DNA of 64,000 nt from Actinomycetes bacterium. GTDB taxonomy: Bacteria > Actinomycetota > Thermoleophilia > Gaiellales > F1-60-MAGs149. Where the stretch lies: the NCBI GenBank assembly GCA_025360225.1, contig JANYCN010000018.1, positions 30,504 to 94,503 on the forward strand, given 5' to 3'. This document shows, one piece after another, positions 61,341-64,000 of the stretch. Position numbers and translations under genes: made by a program. How positions within the stretch are numbered: the stretch's first letter is position 1; each line of letters begins with the position of its first letter. The notes beneath the pieces were generated by a model that ran no database searches, was not told the DNA's origin, and was given only the letters and a program-made list of their open reading frames with translations.

Positions 61341-62189
61341 GTGCAGCCTTCGGACGAGCTTGCGGCGCTGATCGCCGCCAAGGACGGAGCGCTCTCACCG
61401 AACGACCGCCGGGTCGCCGACTACCTGCTCGAGCACGTCGAGGACGCGGCGCTCGCCTCAGCCGATGAGCTCGCCGGCCGGATCGGCCTCTCGAAGGCGG
61501 CGGTTGTGCGGTTTGGGATCCGGCTTGGTCTTGGTGGGTTCGCTGGGCTTCAGGCCGTCGCGGCCCGTGCGGTACGCCGACATCTCGACCTGGCGACCGA
61601 ACCGAGCGTGCCCGGACCGGCCGTTTCGGGCATCGCCGAACGCTGGCACCGCGCGGTCACGGACGATCTGCTGCGGTCGCTCGAGGCAACCGACGGCGGT
61701 GCGATCGACCGTGCTGCGGCGGTGCTTGACTCCGGCGAAGGGTGGATTCACGTGTTCGGGCAGCGCGCCTCTGCGGCCGTCGCCGAGTACGCCTACTTCC
61801 TGTTGAACCCGATCTTGCCGAACGTCGTGCGCGTCGAGTCGGGGGAGAGCGCGCTCGCTGACCACCTGCTCGACGTCGGCCCCGAGGATCGCCTGCTCGC
61901 CGTCACGTTCCGTCGCTACGCGAAGGTGACGACGGACGTTGTGTCGTACTTCGCGGAGGCCGGTGCCGCGACCGTCCTGGTCACCGACTCGCGTGGCGCG
62001 CCGGCGGCCGCCCGCGCGACCGAGGTTCTCGTCTGTGCCGACGACACGCCGGGCCCGTTTCCGACCGCCGTCCCCGGCGTGTTCCTGCTCGAGGTGCTCG
62101 CGCGCGCGCTCGTCGACCGGAACCCGGCGCGCGCCGAGCGACGCCGCGGCGATGCGGAGCGCGTCTGGGGCCGGTTCGGGACGTACTGA
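61341..62189 (+). CDS. MurR/RpiR-family transcriptional regulator
   Basis: LSPNDRRVADYLL..ELA...SKAAVVRF..LG..GF HTH plus SIS domain (VFGQRAS, LVTDS). Confidence 0.9.
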   Translation: MQPSDELAALIAAKDGALSPNDRRVADYLLEHVEDAALASADELAGRIGLSKAAVVRFGIRLGLGGFAGLQAVAARAVRRHLDLATEPSVPGPAVSGIAERWHRAVTDDLLRSLEATDGGAIDRAAAVLDSGEGWIHVFGQRASAAVAEYAYFLLNPILPNVVRVESGESALADHLLDVGPEDRLLAVTFRRYAKVTTDVVSYFAEAGAATVLVTDSRGAPAAARATEVLVCADDTPGPFPTAVPGVFLLEVLARALVDRNPARAERRRGDAERVWGRFGTY

Positions 62190-62191
62190 TC

Positions 62192-62956
62192 GTGTCTGTC
62201 GCCGTGATCGACTCGGGGTTGGGTGGCGTCGCGGTCCTGCGCGAGCTGCTCGCGATCGCACCTGGCGCGAACGTCGACTACCTCGCAGACCACGCCGGTC
62301 ACCCGTACGGAAACCGCTCGCCCGCTGACATCGCCGCGCGGATGGCTCGGCTCGCCGACGCAGCCCTCGGCCTTGGCGCGTCTGGCATCATCGTGGCCTG
62401 CAACACCGCCACCGCGGTGGCGGTCGATGCGTTGCGCAGCCGTCTCCCGGGCGTGCCGATCGTCGGCATTGAGCCACCCGTCAAACCGGCTGCGGCGCTC
62501 ACCCGCACCGGCGTGATTGGCGTGCTCGCGACCGCACCGACCGCCTCCTCCTCGCGTGTTGCGCGGCTCGTCGAGTCGCACGCCGAGGGCGTCCGCGTCC
62601 TCGTCACTGGGTGCCCGGGCCTTGCCGACGCGGTGGAGGCTGGAGCGATCGAGGCGCCTGCGACGACGGCGCTCGTGCGTCGCTACGTTGGCCCGCTCCT
62701 CGCCGCGGGGGCCGACGTGCTCGCGATCGGGTGCACGCACTACGCCTTCCTCGCTGACACGATCGCGACGATCGCCGGTGCCGACGTGGCGATCGTCGAC
62801 GGCTCGGCGGCGGTCGCACGCCGGGCCGCGACCGTCGTTCCCGGCCTTGCCGAAGGCGCCGGTCGTCTCCGCTGGTACTCGAGCGACGTGCGCGCCGCCG
62901 ACGGCCTCGCGCGCGCCTGGGGTGAGCCGGTGAGCGTGCGTCCCGTCGCGTGGTAG
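62192..62956 (+). CDS. murI: Glutamate racemase
   Basis: DSGLGG, PYG, VACNTA, IGCTHY. Confidence 0.95.
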   Translation: MSVAVIDSGLGGVAVLRELLAIAPGANVDYLADHAGHPYGNRSPADIAARMARLADAALGLGASGIIVACNTATAVAVDALRSRLPGVPIVGIEPPVKPAAALTRTGVIGVLATAPTASSSRVARLVESHAEGVRVLVTGCPGLADAVEAGAIEAPATTALVRRYVGPLLAAGADVLAIGCTHYAFLADTIATIAGADVAIVDGSAAVARRAATVVPGLAEGAGRLRWYSSDVRAADGLARAWGEPVSVRPVAW

Positions 62957-62965
62957 TGTCGGTCC

Positions 62966-64000
62966 GTGGAAGCGATTCTCCGACACGTCCACCCGTGGCT
63001 CCGCGAAGCGCCGAGCTTCGTCGTCGGTGATCCGCCGGCAGACGCGTTACGTCTCGATCTCAACGAGGGCGCCTACGGACCGACACCACGCGCGCTCGCG
63101 GCGATCGCTGATGGCGCGCTACGCGGTAACCGCTACCCCGATCCGGAGGCTGCGCATGGCCTGCGGGCCGGGCTCGCGAAGCACCTCGACGTCGACCCTT
63201 CCTGGCTGCTCTTCGGCCCTGGATCGAACACGCTCGGCAGCCTTCTTGTCCGCATCTGCGCCGGCGAGGGCGGTCGCGTCGTGTACTCGTGGCCGGGCTT
63301 CCCGACCTATGGCTGGTCAGCACGACGCAACGGTGGCATCGCTGTCGCGGTGCCGACGCTCCCCGATGGGCGGGACGACCTTGCGGGCCTCGCCGCCGCC
63401 GCGCCGGGCGCGTCGGTCGTGGTGCTCGCGACCCCGGCGAACCCGACCGGGCGGTACGTTGCGGACGGGTTGGCGGAGTTCGTCGCGGAGGCGTCGAAGC
63501 ACGCGCTCGTGATCGTCGACGAGGCGTACTACGAGTACGCGCCGGCCGGTCCGAGCGGTCTCGACCTCCTGCGCGATGGCGCTGAGGTCGTCGTGTTGCG
63601 CACGTTCTCCAAAGCGTGGGGACTCGCCGGTCTCCGTATCGGCTACGCGATCATGTCGCCGGCGCTCCGTGCGGTGGCGCGCTCGGCGCAGGACACCTTC
63701 GAGGTCTCCGCGCTGGCGTTTCGTGCTGCCGAGGCCTCGCTGCAGGATGCCGCCGAGATCGTTCGACGCGCCGAGGAGAACGCCCGTGTCCGCGCTGCGC
63801 TGCAGGAGGCGCTCGGGGCTCGTGGCGTGCCGTTCTGGGAGTCGGGCGCAAACTTCGTCTGCGCGTCGCCTGCCGAGCCTGCGGCGTTCATCGCTGCCCT
63901 CGCCGCAGAGGGCGTGATCGTGCGTAGCACCGCGGCGTTCGGCGATCCTGACCGGGTGCGCATCGGCGTGCCGGCCGAGGGCGACCTGCCTAGGCTGCTG
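62966..64000 (+). CDS. HisC-family aminotransferase, 3'-truncated by window edge (absent from ORF track)
   Basis: Manual translation: LRLDLNE, NRYPD, GPGSN, PANPTG, VDEAYYEY, LRTFSKAWGLAGLRIGY. Confidence 0.88.
   Translation, partial: MEAILRHVHPWLREAPSFVVGDPPADALRLDLNEGAYGPTPRALAAIADGALRGNRYPDPEAAHGLRAGLAKHLDVDPSWLLFGPGSNTLGSLLVRICAGEGGRVVYSWPGFPTYGWSARRNGGIAVAVPTLPDGRDDLAGLAAAAPGASVVVLATPANPTGRYVADGLAEFVAEASKHALVIVDEAYYEYAPAGPSGLDLLRDGAEVVVLRTFSKAWGLAGLRIGYAIMSPALRAVARSAQDTFEVSALAFRAAEASLQDAAEIVRRAEENARVRAALQEALGARGVPFWESGANFVCASPAEPAAFIAALAAEGVIVRSTAAFGDPDRVRIGVPAEGDLPRLL

Overview
GC-rich (roughly 70%+ by eye) bacterial DNA, most likely a deep-branching actinobacterium (Thermoleophilia-like; inferred from Gram-positive CGAAC-N4-GTTCG SOS boxes, 20-bp-period ARG boxes, many leaderless TANNNT-N6-8-start genes and the actinobacterial LamG+Rhs gene pair). 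Housekeeping content: malQ, argG / argR-argH-lysA, a his operon led by a TrpR-like (YerC/YecD) regulator with a HisC-HisB fusion, nrdJ, trpS, murI and a second hisC-family gene running off the right end. Accessory content: (i) a putative catabolic cluster (molybdopterin oxidoreductase, Fae-like protein, enolase-superfamily enzyme, divergent PLP lyase); (ii) a surface/competition region (NlpC/P60, PHI-1/EXO-FN3 protein, DNRLRE-LamG protein, 2205-aa secreted Rhs-HINT toxin with an unrecognised 106-aa tip, and a putative immunity gene), in which the LamG partner's signal peptide is out of frame at a G10 tract (phase variation or sequencing error); (iii) a rearranged LexA-controlled imuB/dnaE2 cassette split by a cytochrome P450; (iv) c-di-GMP genes and a 1798-aa coiled-coil protein behind a sigma28-type promoter; (v) a candidate ~118-nt rod-shaped ncRNA with its own sigmaA-type promoter. 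I saw no rRNA, tRNA, CRISPR array or transposase. All calls come from motif recognition by eye; no searches were run.
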